Assembly (NCBI GenBank): GCA_964486835.1
Contig: CAZAPB010000001.1
Coordinates: 1 to 33,821, forward strand
Reading direction: 5' to 3'
Origin: an uncultured Planctomycetia bacterium
Lineage (GTDB): Bacteria; Omnitrophota; Gorgyraeia; 2-02-FULL-51-18
Length of the DNA: 33,821 nucleotides
Numbering within the stretch: position 1 is the stretch's first letter; every line of letters begins with the position of its first letter. Position numbers and translations under genes: made by a program. Shown piece after piece: positions 15,859 through 25,156 of this stretch. The notes beneath the pieces are model-generated. The model made no database searches. It was not told the DNA's origin and worked only from the letters and a program-made list of their open reading frames with translations.

Positions 15859-16122
15859 ATGGTGAATCTTAGGAATAAAGCTGCCAGCGCTGTTTTGGTG
15901 CTTTTCTTTTTTATCTTTGTTTCATCCGCGGCTGCTGATACCTCTTCTGGCTCTATCCAAGGGAAAGGGCCTAATGCGCAAGTTTCCAGCAACGATCCCG
16001 AAGTCCGGTCAATTGATAGCTGGATGAATAAGAATGAAGAACGACCTGTGTTTTATAACGACGGATCGACCGCGATGGGTTTTAATGACAGCGGTGATCC
16101 GAATGTGAGTACACGGTTCTAA
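15859..16122 (+). CDS. small secreted hypothetical protein
   Basis: Canonical Sec signal MVNLRNKAASAVLVLFFFIFVSSAAA|D begins at the ATG at 15859. In-frame alternative starts are ATG 15742 and TTG 15643; the latter overlaps the upstream gene and is unlikely. Confidence 0.45.
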   Translation: MVNLRNKAASAVLVLFFFIFVSSAAADTSSGSIQGKGPNAQVSSNDPEVRSIDSWMNKNEERPVFYNDGSTAMGFNDSGDPNVSTRF

Positions 16123-16136
16123 AAGTCCCCCAACAC

Positions 16137-16988
16137 ATGCGAAGAACGCGTTTTCTTTCCGTTGTGTTGGCCGCGGCGGTATCTTTCTCATATTCTTCTG
16201 AGGTCTGGGCTGGATCATCCCGGGCCAGTGTGCTATCGGCACGTTCTGCGGTGATCATGGACGCCAATACGGGCGATATTCTTTTTTCCAAAAACCCTCA
16301 CTTGCGTCTGCCGCCGGCCTCTACAACCAAGGTCATGACCGCGCTTATCGCTATCGAAAAACTTTCCCTTCAAGCGAGAGTGCGTATCGGCAGAAATGCG
16401 GTCAATATGGCGCCCAGTAAAGCGGGTTTGAGCGCGGGCGCTTGTTACTCGGTTAAGGACCTGCTGACCGCGGCGCTGGTATCCTCATCCAATGATGCCG
16501 CGGTGGCATTGGCGGAGGCGGTTGCGGGAGACGAGGTTTTATTTGTGAAGCTGATGAACGAAAAGGCCCGGAAGTTTGGCATGAGGAATACATTTTTTGT
16601 GAATGCCTCAGGACTGCCTATGAAAAACGGAGAGGTTTACGCCAAACAGTATTCCACAGCGTATGATCTTTCCCGCCTTATGTGGTATGCCTCCAGAGAC
16701 CGGTGCATCGATAATTTAATGGCGGTTGCGCGTACCTCGATACGTGGCAGTGACGGAAAAGAGATTTTTTTGAGGAATCACAATAAAATGCTTTGGAAAT
16801 TTCCGGGTTTGGTCAAAGGAAAGACCGGCTGGACTTTTGCTTCCCGCCACACTTTTATGGGAACCAACTTTTCCAATCCCAAGCGGTATACGTTTGCGAT
16901 GCTCAGCTCCAGAGAGCCCTGGGTCGATATCCGGCGGCTTTCATTCTGGGGCACCGCCGCTGTCGCGCAAAGTCGTTTTTCTCTCTGA
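16137..16988 (+). CDS. D-alanyl-D-alanine carboxypeptidase (peptidase S11, low-MW PBP)
   Basis: Signal peptide plus the SxxK (ASTTKVMT), SxN (SSSND) and KTG (KGKTGWT) motifs in the correct order and spacing. Confidence 0.88.
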   Translation: MRRTRFLSVVLAAAVSFSYSSEVWAGSSRASVLSARSAVIMDANTGDILFSKNPHLRLPPASTTKVMTALIAIEKLSLQARVRIGRNAVNMAPSKAGLSAGACYSVKDLLTAALVSSSNDAAVALAEAVAGDEVLFVKLMNEKARKFGMRNTFFVNASGLPMKNGEVYAKQYSTAYDLSRLMWYASRDRCIDNLMAVARTSIRGSDGKEIFLRNHNKMLWKFPGLVKGKTGWTFASRHTFMGTNFSNPKRYTFAMLSSREPWVDIRRLSFWGTAAVAQSRFSL

Positions 16989-16994
16989 CCTTCG

Positions 16995-18260
16995 ATGACC
17001 CTAAGCCAGGATACTGCGCCCTTGTTGACCGACATCGCGGTAGTCGGGGCCGGTGCCGCAGGATTAATCGCTTCAATCATGGCACGCAGAGCTGAGCCTG
17101 ACAAAAAAGTTGTTCTTTTTGATGCTCGCGAAAAAATTGGCACCAAGATACTTATTTCCGGGGGCACTCGTTGTAATGTTACCAACCGCCGTGTTCAGCC
17201 GGGTGACTATCAAGGCGGTACCGCTCATTATATAAAGCATGTCCTTGAGGCTTTTACACCGGCGCAGACTATTCTTTTTTTTGAGCAGTTAGGCGTCGAG
17301 CTTGTGCTGGAGCCCTCAGGAAAATATTTCCCCTCAACCAACTCAGGAAAAACTGTCCTTGAAGCTTTGCTTAGAGAATTGACTCAGGCCGGGGTCCAGC
17401 TGAAGGCTGGAATCAAGATAGAACAGATCAAGAGCAACAGCGGGAGTTTTCTTCTAAAGACGAGCGAAGGCGAGTACAAGGCCAAACGCGTTATTTTGGC
17501 GACCGGCGGACTTTCTTACCCGCAGACCGGAAGCGACGGCACGGGCCTGGCGATTGCCGCTGAGTTGGGACATAGCATAGTCTTTACAACTCCAGCGTTA
17601 ACCCCTCTTCTTTCGGCGGATGAGCAGTGGACGTCTCTTTCCGGGGTGTCTCTAGAATCGGCTGTGTCGTTTTATCGCTGTGGAAAAAAAGAAGCCTCCG
17701 CCACAGGAGCCTTGTTGTTCACGCATTTTGGTTTTAGCGGTCCGGCGGCGCTGGATATTAGCCGCCATGTCGCTCGTTGCTCTGCGGCAGACAGGCCGGA
17801 GGTCTTTGCCGACTTTATTCCTGGTTTTGATGATGAGTCTGTGATTGTGGCATTTCAAAAGAACAGCCGTTCGAACCTGTCTCTGAAGCATTTTCTAACG
17901 GATCAATTCGGTCTGCCCGTCAGATTTGTTGAAGTGTTCATGACTAAGAATGCTTTGGATCCGATGGCGGTTGCCTCCAGGCTTTCAAGGTCTGATAGGA
18001 ACAAACTCGTTCAATTGCTTCGACGTTCACCACTGGCTGTAACCGGTGTCATTGGTTATAAGAAGGCCGAGGTTACCGCCGGTGGCATCGACTTAAAAGA
18101 GGTTATGGTAGCCACCATGGGGTCAAGAATAGAACCGGGCCTTTTCTTTGCCGGTGAGATTCTGGACGCCGACGGCCGCATCGGGGGGTTCAATTTTCAA
18201 TGGGCCTGGTCCACGGGCGCTATCGCCGGAAAAGCGGCCGCTGAGAGTTTGCGTCCATGA
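16995..18260 (+). CDS. FAD-dependent flavoprotein, HI0933/BaiN-like family
   Basis: GxGxxG dinucleotide fold (VVGAGAAGLIASI), the family-typical ISGGTRCNVTN, and a C-terminal GEILDADGRIGGFNFQWAWSTG. Confidence 0.85.
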   Translation: MTLSQDTAPLLTDIAVVGAGAAGLIASIMARRAEPDKKVVLFDAREKIGTKILISGGTRCNVTNRRVQPGDYQGGTAHYIKHVLEAFTPAQTILFFEQLGVELVLEPSGKYFPSTNSGKTVLEALLRELTQAGVQLKAGIKIEQIKSNSGSFLLKTSEGEYKAKRVILATGGLSYPQTGSDGTGLAIAAELGHSIVFTTPALTPLLSADEQWTSLSGVSLESAVSFYRCGKKEASATGALLFTHFGFSGPAALDISRHVARCSAADRPEVFADFIPGFDDESVIVAFQKNSRSNLSLKHFLTDQFGLPVRFVEVFMTKNALDPMAVASRLSRSDRNKLVQLLRRSPLAVTGVIGYKKAEVTAGGIDLKEVMVATMGSRIEPGLFFAGEILDADGRIGGFNFQWAWSTGAIAGKAAAESLRP

Positions 18261-18817
18261 TCTATCTGGCATCCAAATCCCCGAGGCGTAAAAAGATTCT
18301 AAGAGATCTGGGCATAGCCTTTGAGGTTTTGGCTCCTCACTATCATGAAAAAGTGATGCGCGGCGTCGCTCCCGGCAGGCTTGTTCGTTCCCATGCCCTT
18401 GGGAAAGCGCTTTCGGCGGTGCCGATGGTTGGCTCTGGAACGATCTTATCGGCGGATACTATTGTTTATTTTAAAAACCGCGTTATCGGCAAGCCGCGTA
18501 ATATGAAAGAGGCCGTCAAAACGCTTGAGGCGCTTCAAGGCCAGTGGCACCAGGTGTACAGCGGAGTTGCCGTTCTTAAAGTATCAGGTGGTCGTATTAT
18601 TAGCCGCCGTGTGTTTGCCGAAAAGACCGGGATCCGGCTTAAGGCGATGAAGCAGGGAGCCATCGTTAGTTATTTTAAAAGAGTCAGTCCGCTAGACAAG
18701 GCGGGAGCCTATGCTATTCAGTCTAAACGAATGAGTATCGTGCAGGGGGTCAAGGGCTCGTTCTATAACGCTGTTGGATTGCCTGTCGAATCGCTCAGAC
18801 GGGAATTGAAAGACTAG
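18257..18817 (+). CDS. maf: Maf-like nucleoside triphosphate pyrophosphatase (septum formation protein)
   Basis: IYLASKSPRRKKILRDLGI...SADTIV...KAGAYAIQ motifs. 4-nt overlap with the upstream gene. Confidence 0.88.
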   Translation: MIYLASKSPRRKKILRDLGIAFEVLAPHYHEKVMRGVAPGRLVRSHALGKALSAVPMVGSGTILSADTIVYFKNRVIGKPRNMKEAVKTLEALQGQWHQVYSGVAVLKVSGGRIISRRVFAEKTGIRLKAMKQGAIVSYFKRVSPLDKAGAYAIQSKRMSIVQGVKGSFYNAVGLPVESLRRELKD

Positions 18818-18889
18818 ACCCGAAAAGCCTTTATTTCCCCCGGATTCATGATAAAATAAATAAAAATTTAGGAGGCTAAAAGCCTGAAT

Positions 18890-19363
18890 ATGAGTGAAAA
18901 TATTCCGATGACCCGAGAAGGTTTTGAGAAACTAGTCAAAGATCTCGAATATCTGAAAACCACCAAACGCCGAGAGATCGCGGATGATATCGCTAGGGCG
19001 CGCGCATTTGGGGACTTGAAAGAGAACGCAGAGTATGATGCCGCCAAGAACAATCAAGCGTTCAACGAAAGGCGTATTTCAGATCACGAGAACAGGCTCG
19101 CCAACGTTCAGATCATCGATGAATCCAAAATACCCAAGGATCAGGTTTTCATCGGCGCTAAAGTTCTGCTCAAGGACTTAAAGAACGGGGAAGAGTTTAG
19201 CTATTCGATCGTGCCGCACGACGAGGCTGATTTTGACGAAGGTAAGATATCAGTGTCTTCGCCGATCGCCAAAGGACTTCTGGGATTAAAGGTGGGCGAG
19301 CTTACCGAGATCAAGATTCCGGCGGGTCTGCTCAAATACAAGGTTCTTCAGATTACCCGTTAA
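18890..19363 (+). CDS. greA: transcription elongation factor GreA
   Basis: 157 aa. MTREGFEKLVKDLEYLKTTKRREIADDIARARAFGDLKENAEYDAAK and C-terminal SVSSPIAKGLLGLKVGE. Confidence 0.93.
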   Translation: MSENIPMTREGFEKLVKDLEYLKTTKRREIADDIARARAFGDLKENAEYDAAKNNQAFNERRISDHENRLANVQIIDESKIPKDQVFIGAKVLLKDLKNGEEFSYSIVPHDEADFDEGKISVSSPIAKGLLGLKVGELTEIKIPAGLLKYKVLQITR

Positions 19364-20372
19364 GCTCCGCTTCTGATTTCAACCACGCGCCGTTTTCCGC
19401 GCCTGCCGCGATCTTAAAATCAAAGATCAGGTCTTTTATTACTTTTATCGATTGGGCCGTATTGATCTTGTTGCGGAATTCGCTGGCGCCGGGCACTCCT
19501 TTGAAATACCAACTGGCGATTCTTCTCATATAGAAAACGACGGACCTTTCATCGCGGTGAAGACACTCCAGCTCTAGATGCCGTAAGAGCGCTTTCCTTT
19601 TCTGTTCTCCTGTTGGATCCGGAAGCTCTCCTTTGCCGGCGATGACGTTTTCAATATTCTTGAATATCCAGGGGTTGCCCAGGCCACCGCGGCCTATCAT
19701 CACACCGTCGCATCCGCTGATCTCTAGCATGCGTCGGGCGTCGGCCCCTCGGAGCACATCGCCGTTGCCGATGACGGGGATAGTGACGGCCTCCTTGACT
19801 CGCCGTATGGCATGGTAGTCGGCATTGCCGGAGTAACCTTGAACGCGTGTCCGGCCGTGGACTGATACGGCGCTAACGCCGCAGTCCTGGGCGATCTTGG
19901 CGACTCGGGCGGCTTCATTACCCGATGGGTCGGCGACACCCAAACGCATTTTGACCGTTACGGGGATCTTTTTTACATTTTTGACCACGGCCGTGAAGAT
20001 TTGGCGACATTCATCGGGTCGCGTCAACAGGGCGGAACCCGCGCCTTTTCCGGCAACTTTTGGAGTGGGACAGCCGAGATTCAAGTCCAGAAGGTCATAG
20101 CCCATGCTTTCGACGATGGCTGCGGCTTGACCCATGGCTTGAGCGCGGCATCCGACAAGCTGAGCGCCAAGAGGTTTGTCTTCCGGTACCGTTTTCATCA
20201 AATTTTCCGTTGCTTCATTTTCACGGATCAGGGATTCGGCCGCCACCATCTCTAGAAAACAAAATTCGAGGCCGTATTCACGTGAAATAAGCCGGTAAGC
20301 TAGATCTGTACACGCGGCCATGGGGGAGGAAATGACATTGGATCTGAGTTGAAGTGATTTGAGCTTTAGCAT
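19353..20372 (-). CDS. dusB: tRNA-dihydrouridine synthase (Dus family)
   Basis: SPMAACTDLAYR, DLNLGCP, VTVKMRLG and HGRT motifs. I prefer the ATG at 20372 (MLKLKSLQLRSNV...) over the ORF-track TTG at 20429. The 3' end overlaps greA tail-to-tail by 11 nt. Confidence 0.85.
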   Translation of the reverse strand: MLKLKSLQLRSNVISSPMAACTDLAYRLISREYGLEFCFLEMVAAESLIRENEATENLMKTVPEDKPLGAQLVGCRAQAMGQAAAIVESMGYDLLDLNLGCPTPKVAGKGAGSALLTRPDECRQIFTAVVKNVKKIPVTVKMRLGVADPSGNEAARVAKIAQDCGVSAVSVHGRTRVQGYSGNADYHAIRRVKEAVTIPVIGNGDVLRGADARRMLEISGCDGVMIGRGGLGNPWIFKNIENVIAGKGELPDPTGEQKRKALLRHLELECLHRDERSVVFYMRRIASWYFKGVPGASEFRNKINTAQSIKVIKDLIFDFKIAAGAENGAWLKSEAELNG

Positions 20373-20422
20373 GGGCAATATAGTAGCACAGCGCATGGTG
20401 GAGACTATAGGACCAATACCTC

Positions 20423-20450
20423 TTGACAAATTCAGGATATTTGATATTAT
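20423..20450 (+). promoter_or_regulatory. strong sigma70-like promoter (TTGACA-16 nt-TATTAT with extended -10 TG)
   Basis: -35 TTGACA at 20423-20428, TG at 20442-20443 and -10 TATTAT at 20445-20450. It points toward typA, with a predicted TSS near 20457. Confidence 0.55.
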
Positions 20451-20507
20451 TTACACAGCAAATCCAAGTGGTTAGCGATCCCTTTTAAATGGAAGTAATT
20501 TTTTTTT

Positions 20508-20541
20508 GACTGCGGATGTAGTTCATTCGCAGTCTTTTTTT
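20508..20541 (+). terminator. Rho-independent terminator/attenuator hairpin between the promoter and typA
   Basis: GACTGCGGATG (20508-20518) pairs with CATTCGCAGTC (20524-20534), giving 11 bp with one G-U pair and a 5-nt loop TAGTT. Seven T residues follow directly (20535-20541). Confidence 0.75.
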
Positions 20542-20640
20542 GTTCCCCAGGGGAACCGACTACCGGCCAAAAAGCCTCGCAGGGCGGATTCAGAGTCTGT
20601 CTGCAAAGGTCAATAACTTTAAAATAGAAAATATAAACCT

Positions 20641-22461
20641 ATGGGCATTATAAATATAAGAAATATTGCTATTATCGCGCATGTCGATCATGGAAAGACC
20701 ACTTTGGTAGATGCAATTCTTCGGCAAACGCAGGTGCATCGTAATATTCAGGAGATGGGCGAGCGCGTCATGGATTCAATGGATCTTGAGCGTGAACGCG
20801 GTATTACGATCCGCGCCAAGAATGCCAGCGTTATCTATAAGGGAACCAAGATCAATATCGTGGATACGCCCGGCCATGCCGATTTTGGAGGCGAAGTGGA
20901 ACGAACACTACGCATGGTGGACGGTGTGCTTTTGGTGATCGATGCCAAAGATGGCCCGATGCCGCAAACACGTTTTGTGCTAAGAAAAGCGTTGGAGCTG
21001 GGGTTGCGAGCGATCGTCGTGATCAATAAAGTAGACAGACTCGACTCTCAGATTGAGGATGTCGAGAACAGGACGTTCGATCTTTTTTGTGAGCTCAACG
21101 CAAATCCCGAGCAGTTGGATTTTCCGATCGTGTATGCCTCGGCATTGCATGGAACGGCCACGACGGATATGGCCAAACCGTCTGATAATATCAGCGCGCT
21201 TCTCGAAGTGATCTTGAACAAAGTACCGCCTCCGGTAGCCAAGAATGAAGACTCATTGCAGATCCTGGTCTTATCGCTACTGCAGGATTCCTATAAGGGA
21301 AAGATGGGTATCGGCAAGATCACCGGTGGCGTGATTCAAAAGGGCGATAATGTGATGCTGGTGCGCCGTGACGGATCCCAGATCGTTTCGAAGGTCACCA
21401 CAATTCTGACGTATTCGGGGTTGGAACGTTCGGAGGTCGAGCGTGCCGAGGCCGGAGATATTGTCGCGGTAGCCGGTTTTGAGAACATTGGCATCGGCGA
21501 GACGATCACTGATCCCACAAGACCGGCCCCACTGCCTACGCTACAGATCGATGAACCGACGGTACAGATGACTTTTGGCGTTAACACAAGCCCATTCGCG
21601 GGACGCGATGGAAAATTTGTAACTTCCCGGATAATACGGGACCGATTGTTCCGGGAGCTTGAAACCAACGTATCGTTGCGCGTTGAAGAGACCGAGAGTG
21701 CGGACACGTTCCTGGTGTCGGGGCGGGGAGAACTGCATCTGGCGATATTGATCGAAACAATGCGTCGCGAAGGTTTTGAAATGCAGGTTTCACAGCCCCA
21801 GGTGATCTTACACGAGAAGAATGGTGTGCAGAATGAACCGTTCGAATTTTTGGTCATTGACGTAATGGCCGCCTATCAAGGCACGGTGATCGAAGAGGTG
21901 GGACGCCGCAAGGCGATCTTAAAGACCATGGCGCAAACACCGACCGGTGAACTGCATCTTGAATACCAGATTTCAACACGCGGTGTGATAGGCCTCAAGG
22001 GAGCTTTGATGACTAAAACTCGCGGCACCGCGATCATGCATCATGTGTTTGATGAATACCGTCCGCTTGAGGAAGGCGGTTTTACTATCCTGCCGCATGG
22101 TTCGTTGGTCGCCAGCGAGTCCGGTGAGTCCAATGCGTACGGCCTGTGCAATGCCCAGGAACGCGGAAACCTTTTTATTGGCGCCGGAGCTGATGTGTAC
22201 ACGGGGATGATCATCGGTCAGAATGCCCGCGACGAAGATCTCGATCTGAGCCCCTGCAAAACCAAGAAATTATCCAACATGCGATCCTCCGGCTCGGACG
22301 ACGCGCTGGTTCTGACGCCTCCGCGTGAAATGAATCTGGAACTTGCCATTGAATACATTGGGCAGGACGAGTTGGTAGAGGTCACGCCGAAAACGATCCG
22401 ACTGCGCAAGCGTCTTTTGGACCCGTTGCAAAGAAAACGCATTAAACGACAGGCCGACTAA
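20641..22461 (+). CDS. typA: translational GTPase TypA/BipA
   Basis: [33 protein letters not shown] and NKVDR G-motifs. 606 aa with the BipA-type C-terminus. Confidence 0.95.
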   Translation: MGIINIRNIAIIAHVDHGKTTLVDAILRQTQVHRNIQEMGERVMDSMDLERERGITIRAKNASVIYKGTKINIVDTPGHADFGGEVERTLRMVDGVLLVIDAKDGPMPQTRFVLRKALELGLRAIVVINKVDRLDSQIEDVENRTFDLFCELNANPEQLDFPIVYASALHGTATTDMAKPSDNISALLEVILNKVPPPVAKNEDSLQILVLSLLQDSYKGKMGIGKITGGVIQKGDNVMLVRRDGSQIVSKVTTILTYSGLERSEVERAEAGDIVAVAGFENIGIGETITDPTRPAPLPTLQIDEPTVQMTFGVNTSPFAGRDGKFVTSRIIRDRLFRELETNVSLRVEETESADTFLVSGRGELHLAILIETMRREGFEMQVSQPQVILHEKNGVQNEPFEFLVIDVMAAYQGTVIEEVGRRKAILKTMAQTPTGELHLEYQISTRGVIGLKGALMTKTRGTAIMHHVFDEYRPLEEGGFTILPHGSLVASESGESNAYGLCNAQERGNLFIGAGADVYTGMIIGQNARDEDLDLSPCKTKKLSNMRSSGSDDALVLTPPREMNLELAIEYIGQDELVEVTPKTIRLRKRLLDPLQRKRIKRQAD

Positions 22462-23240
22462 TGTCTGAGAACAGCAAAGAGACCAGCGGAATGCCTCACG
22501 CACCCGGAACTGAGAGGCTTCAGGTAGTTTTGGCCCGCTTTGGTCTGGCTAGCCGCCGTGGCGTGGTTTCACTGATCGAGGAAGGCAAGGTTACGGTGAA
22601 TGGCAATGTGGTTCTCGAAAAGGGTTTTCGTGTCGACGCAAAAAAGGACCAGATCATAGCCAACGGCCAGGAACTTTCCATCGAAGCTGACCGGCAGATG
22701 CGCTATTTTATTTTTTATAAGCCCAAGAATGTGATGACGACGCTGCAGGATCCTCACGCGGAGCATACGGTCGCTGAGTTTTTTAAGAATATTCCAGAGA
22801 GGCTTTTCCCGGTCGGGAGGTTGGACCGCGATACGACGGGTCTGATTTTGATGACCAATGACGGTGAGCTGGCCTTCCGGCTGACGCATCCCAAGTTCGG
22901 TGTAAAAAAAAGGTATTTTGTGCGCGCCAGAGGCCTGGTTACCGTCGAAGAGGCTAAAAAGCTTGAGGCCGGCGTGATGCTTGAAGAAGGTCCGACAGCT
23001 CCCTGTAAGATCGATATTGAGAAATTTAGCCCCAAAGAAACGACACTGCGCGTGGTATTGCATGAGGGTAAAAAACGCCAGATCCGCCGCATCTTTGAGG
23101 GGATAGGGCACCGCGTGATCCAGCTTGAGCGTACTGATTACGGCCCTCTTTCTTTGGGCGAGATGAAACCGGGAGAAAAAAGGGAGCTGCGGCCCGCTGA
23201 GGTTAAAAAGCTCAAAGAAGCCGCGGGATTGAAGGGCTAA
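22461..23240 (+). CDS. rluB: 16S/23S rRNA pseudouridine synthase, RsuA/RluB family
   Basis: S4 domain (RLQVVLARFGLASRRGVVSLIEEGKVTVNG) and the catalytic motif GRLDRDTTGLILMTNDGEL. The start overlaps the typA stop by 1 nt (TAATG). Confidence 0.88.
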   Translation: MSENSKETSGMPHAPGTERLQVVLARFGLASRRGVVSLIEEGKVTVNGNVVLEKGFRVDAKKDQIIANGQELSIEADRQMRYFIFYKPKNVMTTLQDPHAEHTVAEFFKNIPERLFPVGRLDRDTTGLILMTNDGELAFRLTHPKFGVKKRYFVRARGLVTVEEAKKLEAGVMLEEGPTAPCKIDIEKFSPKETTLRVVLHEGKKRQIRRIFEGIGHRVIQLERTDYGPLSLGEMKPGEKRELRPAEVKKLKEAAGLKG

Positions 23241-23251
23241 GGAGCTCTGTC

Positions 23252-23494
23252 ATGGCAAAAAAAATAGAAATTTACACCACGAACTATTGCCCTTATTGCA
23301 CCGCCGCAAAAAATCTTTTGAAATCAAAAAATGTGCAGTTTACCGAGATTGATGTTACCGACGATGAGCCGATGCGTGAGAAACTGGTCAAGATGACGGG
23401 CCGCGAAACGGTGCCGCAGATCTTGGCGGACGGCAATCTGATCGGCGGATACGACGATCTTGCCCTGTATTATCAGGCGGGAAAAACACTCTAG
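23252..23494 (+). CDS. grxC: glutaredoxin
   Basis: 80 aa with the CPYC active site, TVPQI and GGYDDL motifs. Confidence 0.92.
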   Translation: MAKKIEIYTTNYCPYCTAAKNLLKSKNVQFTEIDVTDDEPMREKLVKMTGRETVPQILADGNLIGGYDDLALYYQAGKTL

Positions 23495-23497
23495 ATC

Positions 23498-24304
23498 TTA
23501 ATCCATTCCCAGGCGGCCGAGTTTTCCCGAATCGCGCGCGCTCTTGAACATTCTAGCGAAAAATATCCCCGCCAGAAAAAAATAGAAAAGGTTTAACCCA
23601 AAAGCCATCCAGAAATACGGCCAGGGCAGTGCGCCGGTTTTTATTACTTCGCGTATTCCTTCGAATACGTAAGTGCTGGGAATTGACTTGGCGACATACT
23701 GCAGAGGCGTTGGAAGTACGGACACCGGGTAATAAATAGCAGACAGCGGTTGAACCAGGTAGGGAATCCCCCAGATAAGAGCTTCGGCGGCATGACCCCA
23801 CCGGATCACAAGGGCCGAGGTGAATACTCCCAGCGCCCATCCAAAAAAAAGAAGATTGGCCAGAAGAGGGATCATGGACAGGCCTAAGTGGTGAAAAAGA
23901 TTGAAGTGGTACAAGCCGAGAGCTATTGCCGATAGTATCGACGTGATCAGGGATATTTTGATAAAACCGTAGATGAATGTAGCGGCCAGCCACTCGCGTA
24001 TGCGTAGAGGTGAGATCAGGATATTGAGTATGTTCTGTGTCCAGATGTCCTCTACAACCGCCATGCTGACGGCTTGCTGGCTACGGTACAGAATATCCCA
24101 AAAGATCATCGCGCTTATCAGGATCGCGACAATTTTGGTGGATGGATCGGCTAAGAGAGATTGAAAATACACCGACACAAAGCCCCAGACCAGAAGCTCC
24201 ATCACCGGCCAGAAAAAGATCTCAAAAAGGCGAGGCATACTGCGGGTGTGCAGGTAGAGATACCTCAGTAGTATGCCTCCGATGCGGGTAAGTGAGTGTT
24301 TCAT
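23498..24304 (-). CDS. ABC-2 type transporter permease
   Basis: 268 aa with about 6 TM helices. 4-nt overlap with the upstream ATPase gene. Confidence 0.8.
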   Translation of the reverse strand: MKHSLTRIGGILLRYLYLHTRSMPRLFEIFFWPVMELLVWGFVSVYFQSLLADPSTKIVAILISAMIFWDILYRSQQAVSMAVVEDIWTQNILNILISPLRIREWLAATFIYGFIKISLITSILSAIALGLYHFNLFHHLGLSMIPLLANLLFFGWALGVFTSALVIRWGHAAEALIWGIPYLVQPLSAIYYPVSVLPTPLQYVAKSIPSTYVFEGIREVIKTGALPWPYFWMAFGLNLFYFFLAGIFFARMFKSARDSGKLGRLGMD

Positions 24305-25053
24305 GGAAGCTGTCTTTTGATGACGAAATCTCCCGAGCGCACTATTTTAATAAACACCTGCTCCAGCGTCTTGCTTTCGAAGGCACTCATGATATCTTCC
24401 GGCGTTCCTTCGGCGATCATGCGCCCTTCATGGATGAAATAAATATAGTCGCAGATTTCCTCGACCTCGGGCATGTTGTGTGAAGTGTAGAGGACGCCGA
24501 TGTTTCTTTCTTTTTGGATTTTTTTTAAGAGTTTGCGGACATTGTCAGCCATCTCAGGGTCAAGGCTCGCGGTGGGCTCATCCAAAAGAAGCAATTCGGG
24601 ATCGTTGAGGAGGCATTTGCAGAGATTGAGCCTTGTTTTTTCCCCGGCCGAAAGTGCGCCTGTAATTCTTCCCGCCAAAGCGGTCATATCCAGAAGATCC
24701 AACAAATCCGAGATTTTCTTACGAGCGTTAGGGACATTGTAAAGACGGGAAAATACTTTAAGATTTTCCATGACCTTCAGATTGGAAGGTAGTTGAGCGT
24801 ATGCCGAAGAAAAGTTGAACCGCCCCGCGATGCGATGACGGTTGTGTTCCGGCGAAAAACCAAATACTAATACCTCACCGGATGTGGGAGATAAAATACC
24901 CATCAATATATGAATCGCGGTGGTTTTGCCCGCCCCGTTGGGACCTAAGAGACCCACAATCTGCCCGCGCCCGACAGAAAAAGACAAATTCTCCAGCGCT
25001 TTAAAGCCCGAGTAGCTTTTAGAGATTTGTTTGGCTGATACAAGAATATCCAT
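24301..25053 (-). CDS. ABC transporter ATP-binding protein (ABC-2 exporter type)
   Basis: Walker A GPNGAGKTT, signature LSAGEKTRL, Walker B LLLLDEPTASLD and an H-loop TSHNM. Confidence 0.92.
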   Translation of the reverse strand: MDILVSAKQISKSYSGFKALENLSFSVGRGQIVGLLGPNGAGKTTAIHILMGILSPTSGEVLVFGFSPEHNRHRIAGRFNFSSAYAQLPSNLKVMENLKVFSRLYNVPNARKKISDLLDLLDMTALAGRITGALSAGEKTRLNLCKCLLNDPELLLLDEPTASLDPEMADNVRKLLKKIQKERNIGVLYTSHNMPEVEEICDYIYFIHEGRMIAEGTPEDIMSAFESKTLEQVFIKIVRSGDFVIKRQLP

Positions 25054-25087
25054 GGACCTACATTTTACATCAAAGAAGTGAATTTTG

Positions 25088-25115
25088 TTGCACTATCCCG
25101 TGGGCTCGGTATAAT
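25088..25115 (+). promoter_or_regulatory. candidate sigma70 promoter (TTGCAC-16 nt-TATAAT)
   Basis: Hexamers at 25088-25093 and 25110-25115, about 40 nt upstream of the lipoprotein gene, which has an AAGGAG RBS. Confidence 0.45.
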
Positions 25116-25156
25116 TAGAGCATTCTAAAAAACAATTTTCTATAAGGAGATTTTTA

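Noticed and set aside
21336-21857. 173-aa antisense ORF within typA, a 180-aa antisense ORF within the pseudouridine synthase gene (22569-23111), and an ORF at 16778-17185
   Set aside because: They lie fully inside highly conserved genes on the opposite strand and have Ser/Arg-rich composition. They are shadow ORFs.
23553-23993. 146-aa same-strand alternative-frame ORF inside the ABC-2 permease gene
   Set aside because: The permease frame gives a coherent 6-TM protein coupled to the ATPase gene. The alternative frame has no features.
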